From positions 7,003 to 71,002 of the forward strand of contig JBAZMQ010000006.1 of NCBI GenBank assembly GCA_041649675.1: a stretch of 64,000 nucleotides of DNA, written 5' to 3'. Numbering within the stretch: position 1 is the stretch's first letter; every line of letters begins with the position of its first letter. Shown here piece after piece: positions 1 through 10,355 of this stretch. The DNA is from Patescibacteria group bacterium. GTDB taxonomy: Bacteria; Patescibacteriota; Patescibacteriia; Buchananbacterales; UBA6539. The notes beneath the pieces were generated by a model. The model made no database searches, was not told the DNA's origin, and worked only from the letters and a program-made list of their open reading frames with translations. A program made the position numbers and the translations under genes.

Positions 1-78
1 AAAAATGAAAAAAATAAAGAAGGCGCACTGACCGATTTCTTCAATCGGAATCCAAAAATTGATTTTGCCAATCTCTAA
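1..78 (+). CDS. 3' end of a gene truncated by the window edge
   Basis: Open frame KNEKNKEGALTDFFNRNPKIDFANL ending in TAA, 8 nt before the next start. Confidence 0.45.
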   Translation, partial: KNEKNKEGALTDFFNRNPKIDFANL

Positions 79-86
79 TCAATATT

Positions 87-689
87 ATGCATCACCAAAG
101 ACGATTTTTTTGTCGCTTTAGAAAAACCAAACCACTGTTTAACAAACAGCTTAAAGTCTTGCTGGTTACAAACTCAATGATTTTAGTGGCCATTGCTATG
201 CTGGGTCCAATTTATGCTCTCTTTGTCGGCAAAATCGGCGGCGACTTACTAGATGCGAGTTTAACCAGCGCCATGCTGGCGTTTGCTGCCGGCGTAACTT
301 CTTTGGCCACCGGGGTATTTTCGGACAAAGTTAAAGAAAATGAATTAATCGTTGTGGCTGGTTATATTATCGTTGGTATCGGATTTTTGCTTTACACTAT
401 TTGCGATTCAATTTGGTTTTTATTATTAATCCAAGTTATCATCGGTTTAGGTGAAGCCATTTATAATCCGGCTTTTGATGCGGTTTATTCAAAACATTGC
501 ACTGACGACCACGTTGGCAAACAATGGGGAGCTTGGGAATCAATTAATTCATTTTCTATTGCCGGCGGAGCGGTAATCGGCGGTTTAATTGCTACCTCCT
601 TAGGCTTTAATGCTTTATTTATCACTATGGCTTTGCTCTGTTTTTCCAGTGCCATTTATATCTATCAACTGCCCAGAAAACTACTCTAG
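87..689 (+). CDS. MFS-type transporter (half-size, about 6 TM)
   Basis: Hydrophobic helices; MFS motif-A-like GVFSDKVKE; G-x-G-E-A motif. Confidence 0.8.
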   Translation: MHHQRRFFCRFRKTKPLFNKQLKVLLVTNSMILVAIAMLGPIYALFVGKIGGDLLDASLTSAMLAFAAGVTSLATGVFSDKVKENELIVVAGYIIVGIGFLLYTICDSIWFLLLIQVIIGLGEAIYNPAFDAVYSKHCTDDHVGKQWGAWESINSFSIAGGAVIGGLIATSLGFNALFITMALLCFSSAIYIYQLPRKLL

Positions 690-690
690 T

Positions 691-719
691 TTGACAAAAG
701 AATTTTGATCTGCTAAATT
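691..719 (+). promoter_or_regulatory. Sigma70 promoter for the T-box leader
   Basis: TTGACA-17 bp-TAAATT with extended -10 TG. Confidence 0.75.
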
Positions 720-750
720 AGAATATATTCATTAACAACTACAAAACCTA

Positions 751-1000
751 GGAAGCGTGTCTCCGGCTTTACGTCGGAGGTTGGGCACGCTGAGGTGATT
801 GCTGCGCTAGTGGCAATCCGGGCCAGCCTGCCGTAATCACAGGCCACAGTGTGTTGGTCTTTTGACATAAAGCACTGAAAGTGAGCAGTTAACTGTTAAA
901 GAGTTAATTGTTAATCCAGGGTGGTACCGCGGAAAGTCCAAGACCTTTCGTCCCTTAATCTCGGTTTTTTATCGAGGCTAAGAGATGAGAGGTTTTTTTG
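751..1000 (+). ncRNA. T-box riboswitch (Trp, UGG specifier), transcriptional type
   Basis: AGGGTGGTACCGCG at 918-931, antiterminator partner CGTCCCT at 949-955, terminator plus U tract to about 1000, short stem I with bulged UGG at 782-784; trpB2 and trpS lie downstream. Confidence 0.88.
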
Positions 1001-1052
1001 TTTGCCCAATGATGAAATTTAAACGTTCTTTAAGCTAGAAGGAGAGGGCTTT

Positions 1053-1397
1053 ATGCCAAAAACAATAATCGCCGTGGTTGAAAAGATACCTTTAGCGGCT
1101 GCTAGCCAACGTTGGCGCGCCGAACTCAAAGGTAACAGTGAAATTAGTGTCTGCAAAGCTACTTGGCAGCAGGCCGCTGAGGCTTTAAGACAAATGCTTG
1201 AAGCGGAAGAATGCCAGGTTACAACCAAGACTTATGAAGTTGAACACCGCCTTTTTTACCCAGACACTGAACTCATCAGCTACCGAGACGGGAAACGAGC
1301 TTGTGGCGATCCCTTAATGACTTATCTGCGCAATAGTCATATTGAGAGTTGCCGTAAGTGCCAACAACGCCTGGCCGAGTTATCCATCAACCCTTAA
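1053..1397 (+). CDS. Hypothetical protein with C-terminal HxxxCxxC zinc-binding-like motif
   Basis: SD GAAGGAG before ATG; HIESCRKC; followed by a hairpin. Confidence 0.65.
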   Translation: MPKTIIAVVEKIPLAAASQRWRAELKGNSEISVCKATWQQAAEALRQMLEAEECQVTTKTYEVEHRLFYPDTELISYRDGKRACGDPLMTYLRNSHIESCRKCQQRLAELSINP

Positions 1398-1404
1398 ACA
1401 CATT

Positions 1405-1449
1405 GCTGTCAGAGGAAAAAATCAGCTTTCCTCTGACAGCCAACTTTTT
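1405..1449 (+). terminator. Intrinsic terminator-like hairpin
   Basis: GCTGTCAGAGGAAA / TTTCCTCTGACAGC, then a T run. Confidence 0.6.
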
Positions 1450-1584
1450 CCAACTAAATCAAATTAATATACCAAATTTTAAACCAAGACTATGGCAAAA
1501 AAATATTTATTTAAAAATCGGGCCCAAGAGTTCTGGCCTCCCAGCACCTAGAGCCTAAAACCTAACTTACTAACAACTAACCTT

Positions 1585-2880
<1,296 letters not shown>

Positions 2881-2889
2881 AAAATCAGT

Positions 2890-2925
2890 AATTTGCAGGC
2901 GCGAAAGCACCCTCGCGCCTGCAAA
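2890..2925 (+). terminator. Hairpin between trpB2 and trpS
   Basis: ATTTGCAGGCGCG / CGCGCCTGCAAAT inverted repeat. Confidence 0.5.
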
Positions 2926-3065
2926 TAGGGGTTTGGCCCGTTAATTAGTGAAAACATTAATTTAAAATTATCCTTGTTGATTACCAATGGTTCTAAAAAA
3001 TGACTAGCTGTAAATTATTAAGCGATGGGGTTTACATCATCACTCACAAGTATTAAAATAAGTAT

Positions 3066-4037
3066 ATGTCTAAAGAAATAATTTTGTCGGGCATTAGACC
3101 GACAGGAAAATTGCATATTGGAAACTATTTAGGTTCCCTGGCCAACTTCGTGGAATTGCAAAATCAATACGAAGGCTATTTTTTTATTGCTGATTTACAT
3201 TCCCTAAATGAGCCGTTTGATCCCAAAACCAAATACCAACAAATAATTAATTTGGCCAAAGATTATATTGCCGCCGGTCTTGATCCAAAAAAATGTACGA
3301 TTTTTGTTCAATCTCACATTCCCCAACATGCCGAATTAGCAATAATTTTAGCCAACACCATCCCGGTTTCTTTCTTGTACCGAATGACTCAATTTAAAGA
3401 AAAATCAAATGACCGAGCCAAGGAAAATGTTAATGCCGGTTTATTATATTACCCAGTTTTAATGGCCGCCGACATTTTAGCTTATAAATCAACGATTGTA
3501 CCAGTTGGTCTAGATCAAACGCAACACGTTGAATTAGCCAGAGATGCTGCCGGATTTTTCAATAATAAATTTGGCAAGATTTTTCCCGAACCTAAACCGC
3601 TTTATACCAAGATTCCAAAAGTCATGAGCTTATTAGCACCAGACAAAAAAATGTCCAAAAGTTTGGGCGATAGTCATTGCATTTATATTGATGATGAGCC
3701 CGAAATAATTAAACAAAAATTAGCCAAAGCGGTAACGGATACTGGCGATGGTAAAAGTTTGGGTGCTAAAAATCTTTTAGACTTGGTAAAAATATTTTCC
3801 GATCAAAAAGTTTATTCCAAGCTAGCCGAGGACAGCAAAAATGGCAGTTTAAAATACTCAGAACTCAAACAACAACTAGCTGCTGATATTGCAAATTATT
3901 TTTCCGACTTTAGAAAAAAGAAAAAACAAATCACTGATGAGCAGATAGAAAAAATTCTGACTGGCGGAAACAAAAAGGCCCAAGCCATAGCCCAAAAAAC
4001 TCTGGACGAGGTCAGAAAAAAGATTGGAATTCGATGA
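3066..4037 (+). CDS. trpS: Tryptophan--tRNA ligase
   Basis: SGIRPTGKLHIGNY (HIGH), YPVLMAADIL, VPVGLDQTQH, KMSKS. Confidence 0.96.
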   Translation: MSKEIILSGIRPTGKLHIGNYLGSLANFVELQNQYEGYFFIADLHSLNEPFDPKTKYQQIINLAKDYIAAGLDPKKCTIFVQSHIPQHAELAIILANTIPVSFLYRMTQFKEKSNDRAKENVNAGLLYYPVLMAADILAYKSTIVPVGLDQTQHVELARDAAGFFNNKFGKIFPEPKPLYTKIPKVMSLLAPDKKMSKSLGDSHCIYIDDEPEIIKQKLAKAVTDTGDGKSLGAKNLLDLVKIFSDQKVYSKLAEDSKNGSLKYSELKQQLAADIANYFSDFRKKKKQITDEQIEKILTGGNKKAQAIAQKTLDEVRKKIGIR

Positions 4038-4594
4038 CCACTTTAATAATTGTTTTGTACTCTTTATTAATTATAGTCGCTACCTTTTCTTTACTGCTTT
4101 CACTGCTAATTGGTACTTCCGCTATTGCTGTGTTCATTGTTAAAGTCCCATTTGTTCCTACACCGCAAAAAAATGTAAAAATAGTAATTGATCAATTAGA
4201 TTTAAAACCGGGCCAAATTTTTTATGACTTAGGTTGTGGGGATGCCCGTTTTTTGATTGAAGCGGCTAAGCGCGGGGCGATGGCAACCGGTTTTGAAATC
4301 GCGCCTTGGGCGATTTGGCGGGCAAAACTAAATATCTTTTTTCAAAAAAGCCAAGCTAAAGTTTTATATAAAAATTTTTATAATGTTAATCTAACCGATG
4401 CTGATGCAGTATTTTGCTTTTTAATTGACGTGGTGATGCCAAAAGTTGAAAAGAAATTGCAACAAGAGCTAAAACCAGGAGCGCTAATTGCCTGCTATGG
4501 ATTCAAACTACCAAACTGGCCCCCGGAAAAAATAGTTGATCTTAAACCCTTTGATAAAAGAGCAAGTAAAATATATATTTATAAAAAACATTAA
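4034..4594 (+). CDS. Membrane-anchored class I SAM methyltransferase
   Basis: N-terminal TM, VPFVPT, YDLGCGDAR, ELKPG. Confidence 0.85.
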   Translation: MTTLIIVLYSLLIIVATFSLLLSLLIGTSAIAVFIVKVPFVPTPQKNVKIVIDQLDLKPGQIFYDLGCGDARFLIEAAKRGAMATGFEIAPWAIWRAKLNIFFQKSQAKVLYKNFYNVNLTDADAVFCFLIDVVMPKVEKKLQQELKPGALIACYGFKLPNWPPEKIVDLKPFDKRASKIYIYKKH

Positions 4595-4610
4595 TAAAAA
4601 ATAAATTTCT

Positions 4611-5858
4611 ATGACTGATCCGTTCAAAAATGCCATGCTGCAGCTAAACAAAGCGGCAAAAATCATGGGGTTAAAAAAAGATTTTCTTAAAAGCCTTTCC
4701 CAACCAAAAAGAATTTTAAAAGCTGAAATTCCCATTACTTTGGATAATGGCAAAAAAGTAAAGTTTAAAGCCTTTCGGGTTCAACACAACAATCGGCGCG
4801 GACCTTACAAAGGTGGCATAAGATTTCACCAACAAGTCAGCCTGGAAGAAGTTAAGGCTTTGTCTTTCTGGATGACAATAAAAACCTCGGTAGTAGGAAT
4901 CCCTTTTGGCGGCGGCAAAGGTGGCATAATTGTTGATCCGCACAAACTTAGCAAAACTGAATTAGAGAGACTCTCGCGGGGCTATATTAAAGCATTTTAT
5001 AAATATATTGGCCCGAAAGTTGACGTGCCAGCACCCGATGTCAATACCAATTCCCAAATTATGGATTGGATGACTGATGAATACACTAAACTGACTGGTA
5101 AAAAACAACCAGCGGTTATTACCGGAAAATCAATTGCGGCGGGCGGGTCGTTGGGCCGAAATACGGCCACAGCTGATGGTGGATTCTTTATTTTGATGAA
5201 TTTGGTCAAAAAATTAAAAATGAAACCGAAAAACACTCGGGTAATTATTCAAGGCTTTGGCAACGTCGGCGGCAATATGGCAGACTCGCTTTATCATGCC
5301 GGCTTTAAAATTGTTGGTGTTTCTGATGCCACCACTGCCATTATTGATCCTAAGAACAAAGGTTTTGACTCTCATGTAATTGAAAAAATAAAAGAAAAAC
5401 ATGGCCGAGTTGATATTTGCACTTGTGAAAAAATTTATTGTCAGTGTAAAAATCATAAACATATAATAAAAGAAAAACTCCTTGAATACCCTTGCGACAT
5501 CTTAATTTTGGCGGCTTTAGAAAATCAAATTACCAAAACCAACGTTAAAAAAATTAAAGCTAAAATTATTTTGGAATTAGCCAACGGACCAACCGCACCC
5601 CAAGCTGAACCGGAACTACTCAAAAAAGGAGTCATAATTATTCCTGATGTTTTGGCAAACGCCGGCGGGGTGACTGTCTCTTATTTTGAATGGCTGCAAA
5701 ACATGAAGAATCAAAAATGGAGTCAAAATCAGGTTAAAACCAAACTCAAACCAATTATGATTAAGGCTTTTGAACAAACTCAAAAAAATGCCAAGCGTTA
5801 CAAAACTGATTTGCGCACGGCAGCTTTTATCTCTGCCTTGGAGAGAATAATCAAATAA
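4611..5858 (+). CDS. gdhA: Glu/Leu/Phe/Val dehydrogenase (glutamate dehydrogenase)
   Basis: GPYKGGIRF, GGGKGG, DVPAPDVNT, QGFGNVG, ELANGP, PDVLANAGGV. Confidence 0.92.
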   Translation: MTDPFKNAMLQLNKAAKIMGLKKDFLKSLSQPKRILKAEIPITLDNGKKVKFKAFRVQHNNRRGPYKGGIRFHQQVSLEEVKALSFWMTIKTSVVGIPFGGGKGGIIVDPHKLSKTELERLSRGYIKAFYKYIGPKVDVPAPDVNTNSQIMDWMTDEYTKLTGKKQPAVITGKSIAAGGSLGRNTATADGGFFILMNLVKKLKMKPKNTRVIIQGFGNVGGNMADSLYHAGFKIVGVSDATTAIIDPKNKGFDSHVIEKIKEKHGRVDICTCEKIYCQCKNHKHIIKEKLLEYPCDILILAALENQITKTNVKKIKAKIILELANGPTAPQAEPELLKKGVIIIPDVLANAGGVTVSYFEWLQNMKNQKWSQNQVKTKLKPIMIKAFEQTQKNAKRYKTDLRTAAFISALERIIK

Positions 5859-5961
5859 GTTAAAGCTAAACAAAAACTGGTCGCCTGGGGTAACCGGTTT
5901 TTGTTATAAAAAAAGAGAGCTAGCAGCACAGAACTACTAGCTCTAAAACAACAAGGATCAA

Positions 5962-7458
5962 TCAGCGACCAACGCCGCCTTCGCAATTTCCTACATCGTA
6001 CAACTGATTCAAGATGTAGGCGGGCAAGCCATCTTCGTAAATGGCGATATTCCCAGTCAGCGCGGGCCCTAACTCGGCCTCGTCAACCGGGTAGCCATTG
6101 AAAGGAAAAACAAACGGCACTGGCACACTGGCTGGTTGGCCGTCTGTAATCTCAATCAGATAGCCCAGAAACCGCGCTTGGTCTCGGCCAAGGTCATCCT
6201 GGAACAGGTCGGCTTCAACGCTGGTAGCCAGCGGGGCTTCCAGCTTGGGATAAAGCTGAGGCGAAATTGGGCAGTTCAACCCGGTCTCGTCAGCCATATC
6301 ATATAAACCGCGGACTCTCACCCACAAGTTACTGTGAGCGACCACATCGAACCCGGGAAAGTCAATCACAAGAATTCCCGTCACTGGATCGGGTACCGGA
6401 TTAGTAAGAGAGATACCGGGAAACTCCGGAATTTCTCCCTCACCCTCACTGGCTGGATTGACTTGTACTGTCGCGAAAATCGTATTGTTAATCTCATCGA
6501 TTTCCGCTAATTCATCGGCTGCATCAACCTTCTGAAGCAGCTGTTTTACACCAGCCGAAGTGAAATGACCAGTTGATATTATACTGAATGTCCCGCCCGG
6601 AGGCAACGGCATATCGTGATCAATGCCAGGCAGTCCGTCAAAGACAAAGTCCTCAAAGTTCCGATAGCCACTACACAGCCCAATGCACGAGGTCAGCGGC
6701 TGTGAACCATAATAATGACCCCAAGCCGTAATCGTGACTTCCGCACCAACTGTTAATGGGGTGGCAAAAGTAAACTCGTCTAAGACAAGATCAGACCAGG
6801 CTTCTTGGCCGTCCAATCTAATCATTAAGGCTCGCAGACTGCCACCGGTTGTGAGTAACCAGGTGTCCCAGTTTGAGGAACGCCGGAATGCATTCGCGTA
6901 AGGTGTAAAGGGATTCCAATCCTCCCCAACGTAGAACGTCCCACCGGCTGCAAAAGGATTCCACTGAATCCCGGCAAAGACTTCTGTCTCATTGAGGGTG
7001 ATCCCGACTGGAACATTGAAAAAATTGTCCGCCGGCGAAGATAAATCCTTCACATCCGTTAACAGAGCCGGGATGGAAGCTAATAATACTCCAGGAGCAT
7101 TATCTTCCACGCTATAGAACACTATGTTGCAACTTAAGTCCGGATTTGGACTTTCTGGGACGTTACGCCCCATGGCGACACACAGGCTGTTGACTTGGTA
7201 TGGTACTGGCAAGGTAAAACGCTGAACGAATTCCGCGCTAGTTACTTCAGGGTTTGGCCCGTAACCGATACCACCGTCAATGCTGCCATCGTCCAGGGTG
7301 ATAGCATCGGTACACGTATTCCACTCACCCGTATCCTGATTGAATACGTTTTGGACGAAGTTCGTGTATGAGAACGCGGCGTACCGGAATCTTTCGTTGA
7401 ATGTGTTTGTGTCAAAGGTTTTGCCTTCTTGCAACACATACAACGTATCTACAAACAC
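5962..7458 (-). CDS. C-terminal part of a secreted/surface protein with CARDB-like Ig domain; probably the frameshifted continuation of the upstream ORF
   Basis: DLVLDEF...VDAADELAEIDEINN CARDB-like pattern; EGEGE linker; frame is open upstream to about 7521. Confidence 0.65.
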   Translation of the reverse strand: MFVDTLYVLQEGKTFDTNTFNERFRYAAFSYTNFVQNVFNQDTGEWNTCTDAITLDDGSIDGGIGYGPNPEVTSAEFVQRFTLPVPYQVNSLCVAMGRNVPESPNPDLSCNIVFYSVEDNAPGVLLASIPALLTDVKDLSSPADNFFNVPVGITLNETEVFAGIQWNPFAAGGTFYVGEDWNPFTPYANAFRRSSNWDTWLLTTGGSLRALMIRLDGQEAWSDLVLDEFTFATPLTVGAEVTITAWGHYYGSQPLTSCIGLCSGYRNFEDFVFDGLPGIDHDMPLPPGGTFSIISTGHFTSAGVKQLLQKVDAADELAEIDEINNTIFATVQVNPASEGEGEIPEFPGISLTNPVPDPVTGILVIDFPGFDVVAHSNLWVRVRGLYDMADETGLNCPISPQLYPKLEAPLATSVEADLFQDDLGRDQARFLGYLIEITDGQPASVPVPFVFPFNGYPVDEAELGPALTGNIAIYEDGLPAYILNQLYDVGNCEGGVGR

Positions 7459-8921
7459 CGTTGCTTCGCCGGCGGTTGGGTAGACATCAGGCCTTGAATC
7501 ATCAAAGCCTTCACGAGGTGGTTAGTCAGAGTTGCGATAAACCGCGCCCGGGCATACCGCGAACCAACGTTAGCTGTAATAAAGATTCGCGGTTCAGTAG
7601 AATCCAGTTTGCACAAGAAGTTGTGGTCACCGGCTACTGATCGTAGGGTTAAAAGCGGATCGGTGGTAGAAAATCCATACCACACCATCATGCCGTCGTC
7701 ACTTAGCTGGACCTCGTCGGGAACAAAAATCCCGGCAAAGTTTTGGCCGCCAAGATGTGTGACCCGAACGCCATTACTGGCGTAATAAACGGGATTTTCC
7801 GGAGCAATAATGGTAAAGCCAGCCGCACCCGGCCAAGAATCACCAGGCGGGGCATAACGCCAACTGTACTCGCCAACAGACGTTAACATATAATCAAGGG
7901 TGTAGTCACCACCCGAGAATACGTCCGGGACCAACATTGCCACCATAAAGGTGTCCAAGTTACTGAGATGGATACTAAGTGGATTGAATGGTGAACTCCA
8001 GACAAAAGAGCTTTCATAGTCATCATACTGGGATTCAATCTCCAACCCTTTCCAAGTATCAAATTGCCAGCCAACTTGAGGAAAGCTTTGAATAGTGACA
8101 TCAGTCCCAACTTCAAATTTCATTCCATTGTTTGGCAATGAGTCAACGGCGGCGGGAGATAAAGAAAAGCCACCTTGACCCAAAGGAAATGATTTGACCC
8201 AGAGGTCAACGAGCTCTCCTTCGCCTTCTCCTTCTCCTTCGACACTTCCTTCACCTTCGGGTCGGCCTTCTCCTTCGGAAGGTATGCCAAAGACAGCATA
8301 GATCAACAAGTCACGAGTGACTGTTAGTGTCACTGTTGACTCGGCGCAGGTGTCACCTGAGTCGTGATCAGAATAATACAAAAAATTATCCCGACACGTT
8401 ACTACTGACAAGGTGACTTGGCTGCCAGCCGGATAGGTCGCCTGATTTGGCTCAATACTGACTTGACAGTCAGCTCCTTCCGGTATGAGCTGGACTTCCA
8501 CAAAGAAGCCCAACTCGCCTTCAGTGCCACCAAGACAAAAGCCATCTTCCGTGCCAGCTTCTGGACAAGCGTGATATACGCCAGCGTTGAATAACTGAAT
8601 CAGGCGCAGCAGCTCGGATAAGCTTATTTGCCAGTCCTGCGGCGCATAGTCACTGCTATGGGGTACGCAGTCCTGCGGCAAAGGACTTAATCCGGGAGCA
8701 AAGCCATCTTCCGTGCCGGCTTGGCAATGCAAACCATCCGAGTTAAAAAACTGGATAACGCGCAGTAATTCATTCAGACTGATGGCGCCGTTGCCATCCA
8801 AATCGGCGGAATAAACCGCCTCGGCTTGGTTACAGACAATGATCCCGACAAACACAATTAATGCCAGGATAAAGTTTTGGTTCGGCTTTAGGTTTTTCAA
8901 CGTCAATCTCCTTTTCTTCAA
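7449..8921 (-). CDS. Secreted/surface protein: signal peptide, EF-hand/dockerin-like repeat, InlB-B-like repeats, EG linkers (start may be TTG at 8900)
   Basis: Hydrophobic N-terminus ending AEA; SADLDGNGAISLNELLRVIQFFN repeated as ISLSELLRLIQLFN; (EG)n tracts. Confidence 0.75.
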   Translation of the reverse strand: MKKRRLTLKNLKPNQNFILALIVFVGIIVCNQAEAVYSADLDGNGAISLNELLRVIQFFNSDGLHCQAGTEDGFAPGLSPLPQDCVPHSSDYAPQDWQISLSELLRLIQLFNAGVYHACPEAGTEDGFCLGGTEGELGFFVEVQLIPEGADCQVSIEPNQATYPAGSQVTLSVVTCRDNFLYYSDHDSGDTCAESTVTLTVTRDLLIYAVFGIPSEGEGRPEGEGSVEGEGEGEGELVDLWVKSFPLGQGGFSLSPAAVDSLPNNGMKFEVGTDVTIQSFPQVGWQFDTWKGLEIESQYDDYESSFVWSSPFNPLSIHLSNLDTFMVAMLVPDVFSGGDYTLDYMLTSVGEYSWRYAPPGDSWPGAAGFTIIAPENPVYYASNGVRVTHLGGQNFAGIFVPDEVQLSDDGMMVWYGFSTTDPLLTLRSVAGDHNFLCKLDSTEPRIFITANVGSRYARARFIATLTNHLVKALMIQGLMSTQPPAKQRCL

Positions 8922-9157
8922 TCTTTTTTTCAGCCATAAACAGCCACAAGCAACCTAGCTTCTAGCCATAATTTCACTATATTTAAACGGATTTTCAAGG
9001 TTCAATCCTAAAAAAATCCGACTTCTATTTTTAGCACTTTTTTTAAATTTTGTCAAGGTTAAAAAATATCCACCCTTAAATTAAAGATGGATATCGCTAT
9101 ATATAAATTTTAACTAAAATAATTACTATAAAATGCCCTAGCCTGCTCTTTTTTAAT

Positions 9158-9496
9158 TTATTCTTCCTCAGGTCTTTTTATCTCATTAACAAGCCGATAT
9201 CTCGCTTCTTTATCAACATATTTTCTGCCCGCCTCTAAATCAGAAGCTAATAATTCTTTTACCTTGTTACGCAAATTCCCAGTATTAGTAACCCACAAAA
9301 TATTCATTTTACCAGTCCTAACTTCATTAATAATTTCAATTAAAGATGAAGCGGAAAATATTTCTCGACTGCCAGCAATGCAATCGCAGGCCGTAATCAT
9401 TTTAAATAAACTTTGCCAGTTAGTAGCCAAATTAAAATCAATAGTTGGCTCTTCACCTTCGGTCGGATTTGGACCAAATTTTTTTTCCGCAACCAT
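9158..9496 (-). CDS. Hypothetical protein
   Basis: ORF directly after murI on the same strand. Confidence 0.6.
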   Translation of the reverse strand: MVAEKKFGPNPTEGEEPTIDFNLATNWQSLFKMITACDCIAGSREIFSASSLIEIINEVRTGKMNILWVTNTGNLRNKVKELLASDLEAGRKYVDKEARYRLVNEIKRPEEE

Positions 9497-9511
9497 AAAA
9501 ATTGATAATTT

Positions 9512-10318
9512 TTAAATTAATTCTATTTTTTTTAATTCAATTTTTTGACCCAGCCAACGCTCGGCATTATTTGCAAAATTCTGAGTTAAATCAGTTACTA
9601 AAAATTGATGGTCTTTATTTTTTGCCAACTGCTTTTCAATTTCTGGATGACGGGCTAAATAATCTTTTAAACTGCTGGCAACGATAACGGCTGGATCAAA
9701 AACTTTAATATTTTTGCCGGCGGCTTTTTTAAACTGTTTCAGTAGCATTGGATAATGGGTGCAGCCCAAAATTAAAGTATCAATATTTTTGAGCTTTAGC
9801 GGTCGGACATAATAACGAACAATCTTTTGCGTTTCTGGCCGGTTAATAAAACCTTCTTCAACTAACGGCACTAAAAGCGGGCAGGCCTGCTGCAAAACCT
9901 TAACGGCCGGATTTAAAATTTGCAACTCTCTAATATAGGCATTGGAACTGATGGTTGCCTTTGTCCCAACCACACCAATTCTAGCCAAACTGGAAATCTT
10001 GGTTGCTTCTTGAGCTACCGGCCTGATTACGCCCAAAACTCTACCGGCTGGATAATGTTTAGGCAACCACTTTTGCTGAATTTTTCGCAGAGCTTCAGCT
10101 GAAGCGGTATTACAGGCAATAATAATTAACTTGCAACCCTGCTTGAATAAATAATCAACCGCTTGCTCGGTAAATTTATAAATCAGTTCCTGCGAACGAT
10201 TGCCGTAAGGTGCCCGAGCCGTATCACCCAAATACAAAATTTGGTAATTAGGCAACTGCCTCATTACCTCTTTGGTGACGGTTAAACCGCCAAGACCGGA
10301 ATCAAAAATACCAATCAT
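9512..10318 (-). CDS. murI: Glutamate racemase
   Basis: FDSGLGGLTV, PYG, IACNTAS, LGCTHYP. Confidence 0.96.
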   Translation of the reverse strand: MIGIFDSGLGGLTVTKEVMRQLPNYQILYLGDTARAPYGNRSQELIYKFTEQAVDYLFKQGCKLIIIACNTASAEALRKIQQKWLPKHYPAGRVLGVIRPVAQEATKISSLARIGVVGTKATISSNAYIRELQILNPAVKVLQQACPLLVPLVEEGFINRPETQKIVRYYVRPLKLKNIDTLILGCTHYPMLLKQFKKAAGKNIKVFDPAVIVASSLKDYLARHPEIEKQLAKNKDHQFLVTDLTQNFANNAERWLGQKIELKKIELI

Positions 10319-10355
10319 AATTCAGTAATTAAAGCTTGAGATTCGGATAAAAACT

